From Candidatus Giovannonibacteria bacterium RIFOXYD1_FULL_48_21 (lineage in GTDB: Bacteria > Patescibacteriota > Minisyncoccia > JACPKW01 > UBA11713), in NCBI GenBank assembly GCA_001778985.1, contig MFIU01000002.1:1-55825 (forward strand): a DNA stretch of 55,825 nt, written 5' to 3'. A program made the translations under genes and the position numbers. This document shows positions 34,774-42,391 of this stretch, one piece after another. Positions within the stretch are counted from its first letter, which is position 1. Every line of letters starts with the position of its first letter. Under the pieces are notes generated by a model, which was given only the letters and a program-made list of their open reading frames with translations, was not told the origin of the DNA and did not search any database.

Positions 34774-34894
34774 GTTCGCATCTATTTACCCCGTTAGAAA
34801 TAGGACGCGCACGCAAGCGTCCGCGACTTCTAACGGGGCAAGCCGCGCGCTTTCGGCGGATGAAATCAAGCGGCTATACAACCTTGGGAGATAG
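34774..34894 (+). pseudogene. relic 3' end of a LamG module (VRIY / SRALSADEIKRLYNLGR*) interrupted by a palindromic element
   Basis: GTTCGCATCTAT (VRIY) lies at 34774-34785 and AGC CGC GCG CTT TCG GCG GAT GAA ATC AAG CGG CTA TAC AAC CTT GGG AGA TAG at 34841-34894. It is GC-rich and shares 20 nt exactly with module 1 (GAAATCAAGCGGCTATACAA). The two parts are separated by a 55-nt insert. Confidence 0.7.
34789..34838 (+). repeat. palindromic element (class A), copy 2
   Basis: The termini are CCCCGTTAGAAAT ... ACTTCTAACGGGG, with an inner hairpin GGACGC-N8-GCGTCC. The termini match the rpsI copy (3691-3764). Confidence 0.8.
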
Positions 34895-34926
34895 TAATAA
34901 GGACTAAAATATGCTATGATTAAAAA

Positions 34927-35175
34927 ATGGGAGCTCATAAAACCAAAGAAGCAATCCCATTTCGCCCAAGCCTTTTTTGGGACGCGGATCCGGCCACAAT
35001 AGACCCGGATAAAAATGCCAAGTATATTATTGAGCGGATAATGGATTTTGGTAATGATCAGGAAGCCCGCTGGATATATAGGCGATATCCTCGCCCGTTT
35101 CTTCGTGATGTTGTAAAAAAATCGCGGAGTCTTCATCCGCAATCCAGAGTATTGTGGGAAGCTCTGACGAAGTAA
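34927..35175 (+). CDS. small protein partnered with an AbiEii-type nucleotidyltransferase (putative antitoxin)
   Basis: The 82-aa product has the motif LFWDADPATIDPDKNAKYIIERIMDFG. It overlaps the downstream toxin-like gene by 22 nt. By my recollection this family commonly precedes AbiEii/DUF1814 genes. Confidence 0.6.
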   Translation: MGAHKTKEAIPFRPSLFWDADPATIDPDKNAKYIIERIMDFGNDQEARWIYRRYPRPFLRDVVKKSRSLHPQSRVLWEALTK

Positions 35176-35831
35176 CAAAAGAGTGGCATACGGATGCCCT
35201 TCCGGCGGAAACAAAACGCGCGCTGGATTTTTTGTCTCGTGCGGAATGGTTGCGCCAATCTTCGTGGTATCTTGCCGGCGGCACTGCTTTAGCATTGCAT
35301 GTTGGCCATCGGGAATCGCTTGATCTTGATTTTTTTACACAAGATAAGTCTGTAGAAGTTTCTCTTATTTCTGGTCATTTTTCAAACGATGTATGGCAAA
35401 CGGAGATTCTTCGTGAGGGAACGTTGTACGGGAAGTTCCTCGGCGCAAAAATAAGCTTTATTTTGTATCCATTTTTTCACCGAAGATCAGCGCCCCGTGA
35501 ATATGGAGCAATTCGGGTGCTCGCGCCTTCTGATGTGGCAGTTATGAAAATAATAGCCATTAGCCAGCGCGGCAAGAAACGCGATTTTGTAGATCTCTAC
35601 TGGTATGCGCTTCATCAAGAGCCAATACTAGATGTGATTCGCCGTTTGCCGGACCAATATCCAACTGTTGCTCATGATTTCCACCATATTCTAAAAAGCA
35701 TGATGTATTTTGCAGATGCGGAAGCCGATCCTATGCCTACCTTATTTTTCAAGGCAGATTGGAAAACGATTAAAGCATATTTTCAAAAAGTGGTTCCTGA
35801 AATTACAAAAGAATTGCTCCGGTTAAAATAA
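35154..35831 (+). CDS. nucleotidyltransferase AbiEii/AbiGii toxin family protein
   Basis: WYLAGGTALALHVGHRESLDLDFF is the NTase signature of the family. The start is GTG 35154. Confidence 0.75.
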   Translation: MGSSDEVTKEWHTDALPAETKRALDFLSRAEWLRQSSWYLAGGTALALHVGHRESLDLDFFTQDKSVEVSLISGHFSNDVWQTEILREGTLYGKFLGAKISFILYPFFHRRSAPREYGAIRVLAPSDVAVMKIIAISQRGKKRDFVDLYWYALHQEPILDVIRRLPDQYPTVAHDFHHILKSMMYFADAEADPMPTLFFKADWKTIKAYFQKVVPEITKELLRLK

Positions 35832-35845
35832 TTGCGCACCGACTT

Positions 35846-36625
35846 TTACGATAATACTGCTCCGATAATTTCAGAGTGGCCGTTGAGAAAACTTTCGGGG
35901 GTGGTTTCTTTTTTGCCCTCGAGTTTTATTTTTAGTGGAATGAGGAAACCGTCCTCGGTCGCAATTTTAAAATCTTTCGCGACCTCTCCGAATTTAAAAT
36001 TGTGTTTTATCGTTTCAATTTTTGCCTCAAGAATCAAAAGTCTTTTATCATTCCAGAAGGCAAATGTTCCCGGCTCGGGATTTAAAGCTCGAATCTTTCT
36101 CGAAATTTCCTCGCCTGATTTTGACCAATCAATATGGCCGTCTTCGGTTTTAATGAAACGGGAATACGTGGCTTCGCTTTCATTTTGTTCCCTGAGAGTG
36201 ATTTCTCCCTTGAGCCATTTTGGGATAGTCTCGATTAAGAGCGGAACACCTATGGCAATGAGTTTTTCTTCGAGCGAAAGATAGGTGTCGTCCGGTTCAA
36301 TTCGCAATTCTTTTTGCGCGAGAATCGGACCGGCGTCCACTTTTGGGGCGGCAAGATGGATGGTAACGCCGGTCATGGCGTCGCCGGCTAGAATCGCCGC
36401 CTGCACTGGCGCGGGCCCGCGCCAGTGCGGCAAGAGCGAGTGGTGCACGTTTAAGATTCCATTTTTGGGGGCGGCGAGGACTTCTTTGGGAATAATCTTC
36501 CCATAATAGGCGATAATCCCCAGGTCTGGTTCGGAAGAAGAGATTTCAAATCCGGCAGATATCAGCGCTTGCCGGTAGCGCTGAGAAAACTTCGCGGTTC
36601 CAAAAAAAATTATTTTAATTTTCAT
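35846..36625 (-). CDS. fmt: methionyl-tRNA formyltransferase (short form)
   Basis: Motifs are MKIKIIFFGT, NVHHSLLPHWRGPAPVQAAILAGD..TGVTI and VDAGPILAQ. The start is taken at the MKIKIIFFGT Met; the ORF track extends to 36652. Confidence 0.88.
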   Translation of the reverse strand: MKIKIIFFGTAKFSQRYRQALISAGFEISSSEPDLGIIAYYGKIIPKEVLAAPKNGILNVHHSLLPHWRGPAPVQAAILAGDAMTGVTIHLAAPKVDAGPILAQKELRIEPDDTYLSLEEKLIAIGVPLLIETIPKWLKGEITLREQNESEATYSRFIKTEDGHIDWSKSGEEISRKIRALNPEPGTFAFWNDKRLLILEAKIETIKHNFKFGEVAKDFKIATEDGFLIPLKIKLEGKKETTPESFLNGHSEIIGAVLS

Positions 36626-37154
36626 CGGCTCCATTTTCCGCTTTCTCGTCAAGGCGTTTTAAATTTTTTGCCTTGTCTATGAAGAGAATTCCGTTAAGAT
36701 GGTCAGTCTCGTGCTGGATTACCTGCGCGAAAAGTCCAGAGGCCGAACGCCGAAATTTTTTGCCCTCTTCGTTATAGGCCTGTACCACCACTCTTTTGGC
36801 GCGCTCAATCCGGCCGTAGAGTTTGTCAGCGGAAAGACAACCCTCGGACAAAAGTTCTTTCTCTCTGGAGCGGCGGGTTATTTCAGGATTTATAAAAACA
36901 AGATGCTTCCAGTTTTTTTGGGTTTGCCTTTTATCTCGTTTCGCCGCCAAAGCCTCCTCTGACACTAAAAAAATTCTTAGCGGTTTCCCGACCTGCGGGG
37001 CGGCAAGACCAACGCCGATGTCGATTGCCGCCAGAGTCTGAGACATATCTTTGAGCAAGTCTTGCAGGCCTTTTGATTTTATCTCCTCCGGCTTGATTTC
37101 TTGGGCGGTCTCGCGGAGAATTTTATGCGGTTCCTGGAGAATTTTGAGTATCAT
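36615..37154 (-). CDS. def: peptide deformylase
   Basis: GVGLAAPQVG, EGCLS, HETDHLNG. Confidence 0.93.
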   Translation of the reverse strand: MILKILQEPHKILRETAQEIKPEEIKSKGLQDLLKDMSQTLAAIDIGVGLAAPQVGKPLRIFLVSEEALAAKRDKRQTQKNWKHLVFINPEITRRSREKELLSEGCLSADKLYGRIERAKRVVVQAYNEEGKKFRRSASGLFAQVIQHETDHLNGILFIDKAKNLKRLDEKAENGADEN

Positions 37155-37164
37155 CTTTTTCAGT

Positions 37165-38970
37165 TTAGATTATTGATTCCGGGTCGACAACAATTTCCCA
37201 TCCGGTTGAGGCGAGATTTTTGAGCAAACTCTCGAGCTTTTCCTCCGGCGGCCAGCTCCCCGGAGGTATTTTTAAAACAATATTCCAGCGGTAGCGGTTT
37301 TTTATTCGCTCGAGAAAAGCCGGGAAGGAGAGTGGTTTGTACTCTTTAAGCAGCCTTAAAGCTTCTTCTTGATTTTTCTCTAAGGCGGCGTAGTTTTTGT
37401 CTTCTTTGGTCAGCTTTACCAGCTTCACGAACGGCGGATAGCGAAAATTCTCCCGCCCCTTGATTTCCTCTTGATAGAAACCGGAAATGCTCCCGGCCAG
37501 AGCGTCTTGAAAAAGTTTATTTTCGGAAATTCTGGTCTGGAGAATCAATTTTCGCCTGGTGCGGGCTTTCAGCTCGCTGATTAGCCGGAAGATTCTTTCG
37601 TTGATTCGAAAATCCGGAATTGAAAAAAGATGGTCCAGAGAGACGATGGCGGTAAGGTCGAAAGTAAACTCCGGATGATAGAGGATAGACTCGGTCGCGA
37701 AGAGGGCGTTTTCGCTTTTGGGGAAAAGTTTCTGGAATTCTTCCTGAATTTTTTCAACGCCAAGCCCGAACTCTTTTAATTTCCAGGAAAGGCAGTGCGG
37801 GCAGCGTTCCGGCACGGCGAGGCTCTGAAGACAATGATGGCAAAAGAATTTTCGCTCCTCACGTTTCAGGCCGTGGAGGACCAAGGGAACGGAACAGGCC
37901 GGACACAAGAGGGCGCGATTGCAGTCTTGGCAGACGGTAAATGAGCCGTAGCCTTTGCGGTTTGCAAAAAGAAGTATTTTCTCATTTTTGAAAATACTTT
38001 CTTCCAGTTCACTCCGCAGTTCTTTGCTGAGCCAGGAAAAGCCGTCCTGGGCCGGGCCGATTTCCAGCAGTTTGGTTTCGACCGGGCTCTGAATTCTGGT
38101 TAGGAGGGGGTTTAGAGCTTCCAGAAGTCCAGCTTCGGACTGCCAGAAAGTCTCAAGCCGCAGAATTTCGTCCGCGAAAATCAATTTTAGTCCTTTTACC
38201 TCGGCGATAATCCGGGCGGCCTCGCGTAAGTCAAAAGGCGTTCCTTCCCATTCTCGCCAGGGCCGGGAGCCCTCTTCGTCAATGATTAGGGTTTCCAAAT
38301 CCGGCCGGTCCAAAGAGAGAACTTGGCCGGTGCCTAGAATCAGAACGGGGTGGGGGATGGTGAGCGCCCGATTCCAGCTCTCCAAATATTTTCCGGCCGG
38401 GATTTCGGAGTGGAAAATAAAACTATAATGCTCGATGCCGCGGCCGAGCTCGGCTCCCAGGCGTTTCAGAGTTTCTATTCCCGGAAATAACAGCATCAGA
38501 CTTTTTTGTCGGGCCAGGTGTTCGCGGATTAGGCCGCGGTAATGCCCCAGCCGTTCTTCGGCCGAACCCCGAAAGGCCGATTTTTGGTGCGTTCTTTTCG
38601 GATTTTTTTGAGAAGGGACTGGAATTTTAAGTTTTTTTGAGAAAATTGGCTTCGGCAAAAGCCGCGAGAGAATCAAGCCCTCCGGCAGAAGAAGTTCCCG
38701 GGAGAGCCGGCGAAGGATTTCAAAAAAATCTTCCGGCAGAAAATCCGCCCGCCAGAGAGATTTCAAGGGCTTCAGTTTGAAAACTCCCTTTTTTAATTCC
38801 GCCTTCCGGCCGGAAAGTTCGCTCGCGGTTTTTATTACGGCGAAAATTTCCCGGCCGCGAAAGTTTGCCTTAACCAGGTCGCCCCGCGCGAATTTTTTCG
38901 TGCTAAAATATGAAAGGGTTTCCGGCGCGGCTCTCGTCCGCGCGACCGGAATCACTTCATAAACTTCCAT
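37165..38970 (-). CDS. priA: primosomal protein N' (PriA)-like, with degenerate helicase motifs
   Basis: It has PriA architecture and a Cys-rich zinc region (CQDCNRALLCPACSVPLVLH...FFCHHC...CPHC). No GxxxxGK[ST] Walker A is present in any position. The DExH box reads IIDEEG. Confidence 0.75.
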   Translation of the reverse strand: MEVYEVIPVARTRAAPETLSYFSTKKFARGDLVKANFRGREIFAVIKTASELSGRKAELKKGVFKLKPLKSLWRADFLPEDFFEILRRLSRELLLPEGLILSRLLPKPIFSKKLKIPVPSQKNPKRTHQKSAFRGSAEERLGHYRGLIREHLARQKSLMLLFPGIETLKRLGAELGRGIEHYSFIFHSEIPAGKYLESWNRALTIPHPVLILGTGQVLSLDRPDLETLIIDEEGSRPWREWEGTPFDLREAARIIAEVKGLKLIFADEILRLETFWQSEAGLLEALNPLLTRIQSPVETKLLEIGPAQDGFSWLSKELRSELEESIFKNEKILLFANRKGYGSFTVCQDCNRALLCPACSVPLVLHGLKREERKFFCHHCLQSLAVPERCPHCLSWKLKEFGLGVEKIQEEFQKLFPKSENALFATESILYHPEFTFDLTAIVSLDHLFSIPDFRINERIFRLISELKARTRRKLILQTRISENKLFQDALAGSISGFYQEEIKGRENFRYPPFVKLVKLTKEDKNYAALEKNQEEALRLLKEYKPLSFPAFLERIKNRYRWNIVLKIPPGSWPPEEKLESLLKNLASTGWEIVVDPESII

Positions 38971-38986
38971 ATAGAATTAAGTATAG

Positions 38987-40222
38987 ATGAATTGGCGCGG
39001 TAAAAAAATATATTTTATCGGCATTAAGGGCACGGGGATTTCGGGCCTCGCGATTTTGCTTAAAAAAGAAGGGGCTTTTGTCTCCGGCTCGGATACGGCG
39101 GAGGAGTTTCCGTCAGAGCTCGCTCTCGCGCGGGAGAATATTGAGATAAGGAATTTTGATGAAAATAATATTACTCCGGAACTGGACTTAATTATTTACT
39201 CTTCGGCCTACGATGAAAATCATCCGGAAAGGAAAAGGGCGCGCCAGCTGGAGGTGGCGGAGTTAAGCTACGCCGAGGCGCTTGCCAGATACGCCGAAAA
39301 TATAAAAGTTATCGTGGTCACCGGAACCCACGGCAAAACCACGACCACTGCTCTTTTGGGGACTATTTTCGAAACCGCCGGGCTCGACCCGAAAGTTTTG
39401 GCCGGGGACATCGTCAGAAGCTGGGGAAGTTCGGCGCGCTGGGGAAGGGGAGAATATTTTATTGTCGAAGGCGACGAATATCAGGAAAAATTCCGGCTTT
39501 TCAGACCGGTCGGAATTTTAATCCCTTCTCTGGATTATGACCATCCTGATTATTTCAAAACCCGCGAAGATTATTTAAATTCTTTCGAGTCCTGGCTTCG
39601 GGAAAATAAGGACGCGAAAGTGGTCAGAGATTTTGAAAAAGCTGATGAAAAAATTTTTGAAAAAGCTAATTTCATACTGCCGGGGAAGCATTATCGCCGA
39701 AATTGCCTTTTGGCCATCCGTCTTTCACGGCTCTTCGGAATCCCGGACGACATGATAATTCGCGGCATAAATAATTTTCAGGGGGTCGCGCGGCGGCTGG
39801 AGTATTACGCCGACCGGATTGTTTATGACTACGCGCATCATCCGGAAGAAATTAAAGCTACCCTCGCCGCGCTTAAAGAGCGCCATCCTGATAAAACTTT
39901 GGTTGCCGTTTTTCAGCCTCATACTTTCAGCCGCACCGAGGCCTTTCTGGAAGATTTCGCGAAATCTTTTGCCCTGGCTGAAGCGGTATTTTTTGAAGAG
40001 ATTTATACTTCGGCTCGCGAAAAAAAGGGCAGAGTTTCGCTGGAAGACCTTATGCGGGAAACAAAAAAATATCATCCTAACGTCCATCATATTCGCGAAT
40101 TGAAAATTGAAAATTCTAAATTGAAAATTCTATATGTTTTCATGGGCGCGGGCGACATCTGGCAGAAAGCCCGTTCCCTCGCAGAGTCTATTTCTAACCC
40201 TGGGAGAAAAGGGAAGCCTTGA
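38987..40222 (+). CDS. murC: UDP-N-acetylmuramate--L-alanine ligase (MurC/Mpl-type Mur ligase)
   Basis: Motifs are GIKGTGISGLA, VTGTHGKTTTT, EGDEY and DYAHHP. It is 411 aa long. Confidence 0.85.
   Translation: MNWRGKKIYFIGIKGTGISGLAILLKKEGAFVSGSDTAEEFPSELALARENIEIRNFDENNITPELDLIIYSSAYDENHPERKRARQLEVAELSYAEALARYAENIKVIVVTGTHGKTTTTALLGTIFETAGLDPKVLAGDIVRSWGSSARWGRGEYFIVEGDEYQEKFRLFRPVGILIPSLDYDHPDYFKTREDYLNSFESWLRENKDAKVVRDFEKADEKIFEKANFILPGKHYRRNCLLAIRLSRLFGIPDDMIIRGINNFQGVARRLEYYADRIVYDYAHHPEEIKATLAALKERHPDKTLVAVFQPHTFSRTEAFLEDFAKSFALAEAVFFEEIYTSAREKKGRVSLEDLMRETKKYHPNVHHIRELKIENSKLKILYVFMGAGDIWQKARSLAESISNPGRKGKP
40097..40130 (+). repeat. AT-rich TTGAAAATT-type repeat tract inside the murC 3' region
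   Basis: GAATTGAAAATTGAAAATTCTAAATTGAAAATTC encodes ELKIENSKLKI. The motif family is the same as in the repeats flanking the four-helix-bundle gene. Confidence 0.6.
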
Positions 40223-41084
40223 TTAAAATTCCGTCGTCGAGGATATAGAGCTGGTTCTCTCCCGGGAAAAGGACAAAATCCGGAGATTTACCTTTGTAAA
40301 TTGGCTGGATTATTCTTCCGCCGCGGGAATCAAATTCAACCGTCCAAATTCCGTTGTCAAAAGCAGCGATGGCGACATCCCGCCTTTTGGGGAAATATTC
40401 AAAGTTTCTGACCTCCTTGCCGGCGAGGAGTGTTTCTTCCGGAGCGGGAAAGTAGTAGGGGAATGGAGTTTCTTTAAGCCAGGAGGCCTTGAGAGTCTTG
40501 GCCGCGCCGTCCCAGACAATTTTACTTGATTCCCGGCTGTCCAGACGTTCGCGGAGAATCTCCTCCTCGGTTTCTTGTTTCAGCTCGGACTTAAGGATTT
40601 TTTCTTCCAACGGCGAATAGGAATGGACAAACGTTCTTTTTTCGCGCACTTCGGTCAAAAGAATAAGTCCTTCGCCGAAAGAAGCTTTAATTTCTTTAAA
40701 AGGCCCCTTAAGAACGACTTTGCCGTTGGTGCTTCTCGGCACCAAGAGAGCCCTCGCTTCGCTGACGAGTTGTGAAAAAACTTTGAGCTCTTTGGTCCAG
40801 GGGAGATAATTTTCGTGAAGGACCGCGACCCGATATTTTCCGGGCGCTAAATTGTCCACGAAAGTGCCTGATTGGAGAAGATTGGTCCGCTTTTGAAGCT
40901 CGCCGTCCATGAAGATTTCTGTTCCGGAAATATCGGCGGCGACATAGAGTCCCCCGGTGCGTTTCAAGTTCCAGGCGTCATCCAGCCGCCAGCCCAAGGA
41001 GTAGAGGATGGTCACCGGCACTAAGGCCAAAAAAATCAGCACTGAAAGCCAAAATAGAATTTTTCTTTTCAGGGGGTTAAGCAT
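40194..41084 (-). CDS. membrane-anchored PEGA-domain protein
   Basis: The N-terminal TM segment is ILFWLSVLIFLALVPVTILY. The PEGA-like segment is GTEIFMDGELQ........NLAPGKYRVAV. Its 3' end overlaps the murC 3' end by 29 nt (convergent). Confidence 0.6.
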   Translation of the reverse strand: MLNPLKRKILFWLSVLIFLALVPVTILYSLGWRLDDAWNLKRTGGLYVAADISGTEIFMDGELQKRTNLLQSGTFVDNLAPGKYRVAVLHENYLPWTKELKVFSQLVSEARALLVPRSTNGKVVLKGPFKEIKASFGEGLILLTEVREKRTFVHSYSPLEEKILKSELKQETEEEILRERLDSRESSKIVWDGAAKTLKASWLKETPFPYYFPAPEETLLAGKEVRNFEYFPKRRDVAIAAFDNGIWTVEFDSRGGRIIQPIYKGKSPDFVLFPGENQLYILDDGILIKASLFSQG

Positions 41085-41130
41085 TATACTTAAGATTTAC
41101 TAATGATACCAGTTGCGCTAAATTAATTAA

Positions 41131-42390
41131 ATGGCAGAGTTGGTAATCCGGGGCGGGAAAAAACTCAAGGGCGCGATCGAGGTGGGCGGCGGCAAAAACT
41201 CCGTCTTGAAAGGCATTGCCGCGAGCCTCTTGTTTGCCGGCCCGATCAGGATTTCGAACATTCCCCTCATTGAGGATGTCCGTCGGATGACCGAACTTCT
41301 GGAAGGCCTGGGAGCCGGAGTTACGGAAAACAGCCGGATTTTAAAAATTGACCCCGGCGCCCTTAAAGGCCACAAGCTGGATAACAACATTGCGAAAAGC
41401 ATCCGGGCTTCAATTGTGCTGGCCGGGCCGCTTTTGGCCAGGGAAAGGAGGGCCGTTTTTCCGCATCCCGGCGGAGACGTAATCGGTAAAAGGCCGATTG
41501 ACCTTTTTCTGGAAGGCCTTGAGGCCATGGGCGCTAAAATTCGCGCGAACAAAAACGGATATGAGGCCCGAGCCGAAAGGTTGAAAGGGGCGGATTTCAC
41601 TTTTCGAACCATCAGCGTTACCGGAACTGAAACTTTAATGATGAGCGCGGTTTTGGCCAAAGGCCGGACTATTTTAAGAAACGCAGCCATGGAGCCGGAA
41701 GTGGAGCATCTGGCGAGCTTTCTCAATAAATGCGGCGCCAGGATTAAAGGAGCAGGCACCTCCACCATTGAGATTGCTGGCAGGGCCGGCAGATTACTCA
41801 ACAAAAGAGGTACTTTCGTAACTCTTCCGGACCGAATTGATGCCGGCGGCTTCTTGATTTTAGGCGCGGCTTTAGGAAGAAATATTAAGGTTAATAAATG
41901 TGTTCCTGGCCATATGCACGCGTTATTGCAGCTTTTCAAGGCCGCGAGTATTCCATATAAAATAGGCCAAGATTGGATTTCTGTTTCCAGGCCCAGAACA
42001 ATTTATGCCACGGACGTTAAAACTCAAGAATATCCCGGCTTCGCGACCGACCTGCAGCCTCTTTTCGCGGTTTTAATGACCCAAGCCAAGGGGCAAAGTC
42101 TGATTTTCGAGACGGTCCATGACGGCCGCTTGAACTATATTGAAGAGCTTAATCGGATGGGTGCTAAAATTTTCCCGGCAGACCCCCATCGAATTTTAGT
42201 GAGCGGACCGACTTTTTTGCACGGCCGGGAGATTCAAAGTCCGGATATCCGGGCGGGGATGGCTTTTATTATCGCGGCCCTTGTCGCCAAAGGCGAGAGC
42301 CGCATCAAGAATATTTATCAGATCGACCGCGGTTATGAAAAGATAGAGGAGCGGCTCACAAAATTAGGAGCGGATATCAGAAGAATTTAA
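41131..42390 (+). CDS. murA: UDP-N-acetylglucosamine 1-carboxyvinyltransferase
   Basis: Motifs are GGKNS.L, PGGD.IG.RPID.. (Asp replaces the usual catalytic Cys), YPGF.TD.Q and RGYE....L..LGA.I. Confidence 0.92.
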   Translation: MAELVIRGGKKLKGAIEVGGGKNSVLKGIAASLLFAGPIRISNIPLIEDVRRMTELLEGLGAGVTENSRILKIDPGALKGHKLDNNIAKSIRASIVLAGPLLARERRAVFPHPGGDVIGKRPIDLFLEGLEAMGAKIRANKNGYEARAERLKGADFTFRTISVTGTETLMMSAVLAKGRTILRNAAMEPEVEHLASFLNKCGARIKGAGTSTIEIAGRAGRLLNKRGTFVTLPDRIDAGGFLILGAALGRNIKVNKCVPGHMHALLQLFKAASIPYKIGQDWISVSRPRTIYATDVKTQEYPGFATDLQPLFAVLMTQAKGQSLIFETVHDGRLNYIEELNRMGAKIFPADPHRILVSGPTFLHGREIQSPDIRAGMAFIIAALVAKGESRIKNIYQIDRGYEKIEERLTKLGADIRRI

Positions 42391-42391
42391 G

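Noticed and set aside
32194-34894. Diversity-generating retroelement: an Avd-like four-helix-bundle gene lies next to a lectin-fold gene that has a second copy of its 3' end.
   Set aside because: No reverse transcriptase ORF exists anywhere in the window. The duplicated 3' end (34841-34894) differs from the live 3' end at synonymous sites of all base types, not specifically at adenines of one copy. LamG is not the usual C-type-lectin/Ig VR scaffold. A distant RT elsewhere in the genome cannot be excluded.
40194-40222. The 29-nt convergent overlap of the murC and PEGA-protein 3' ends as a regulatory antisense arrangement.
   Set aside because: The overlap depends on exact stop assignment only, and such short convergent overlaps are common in compact genomes. 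No structure or motif was seen.
41127-41939. A 270-aa ORF antisense to murA. Similar long antisense ORFs occur at 43432-44043 (holB), 44054-44536, 45188-45790 (frr), 51056-51655 (PBP2), 14494-15198 (aspS), 35832-36284 (fmt), 2629-3114 and 31092-31795.
   Set aside because: Each overlaps a CDS with clear family motifs on the other strand. Their compositions are Ser/Arg/Pro-rich, as is typical of shadow frames, and no motifs were recognised.
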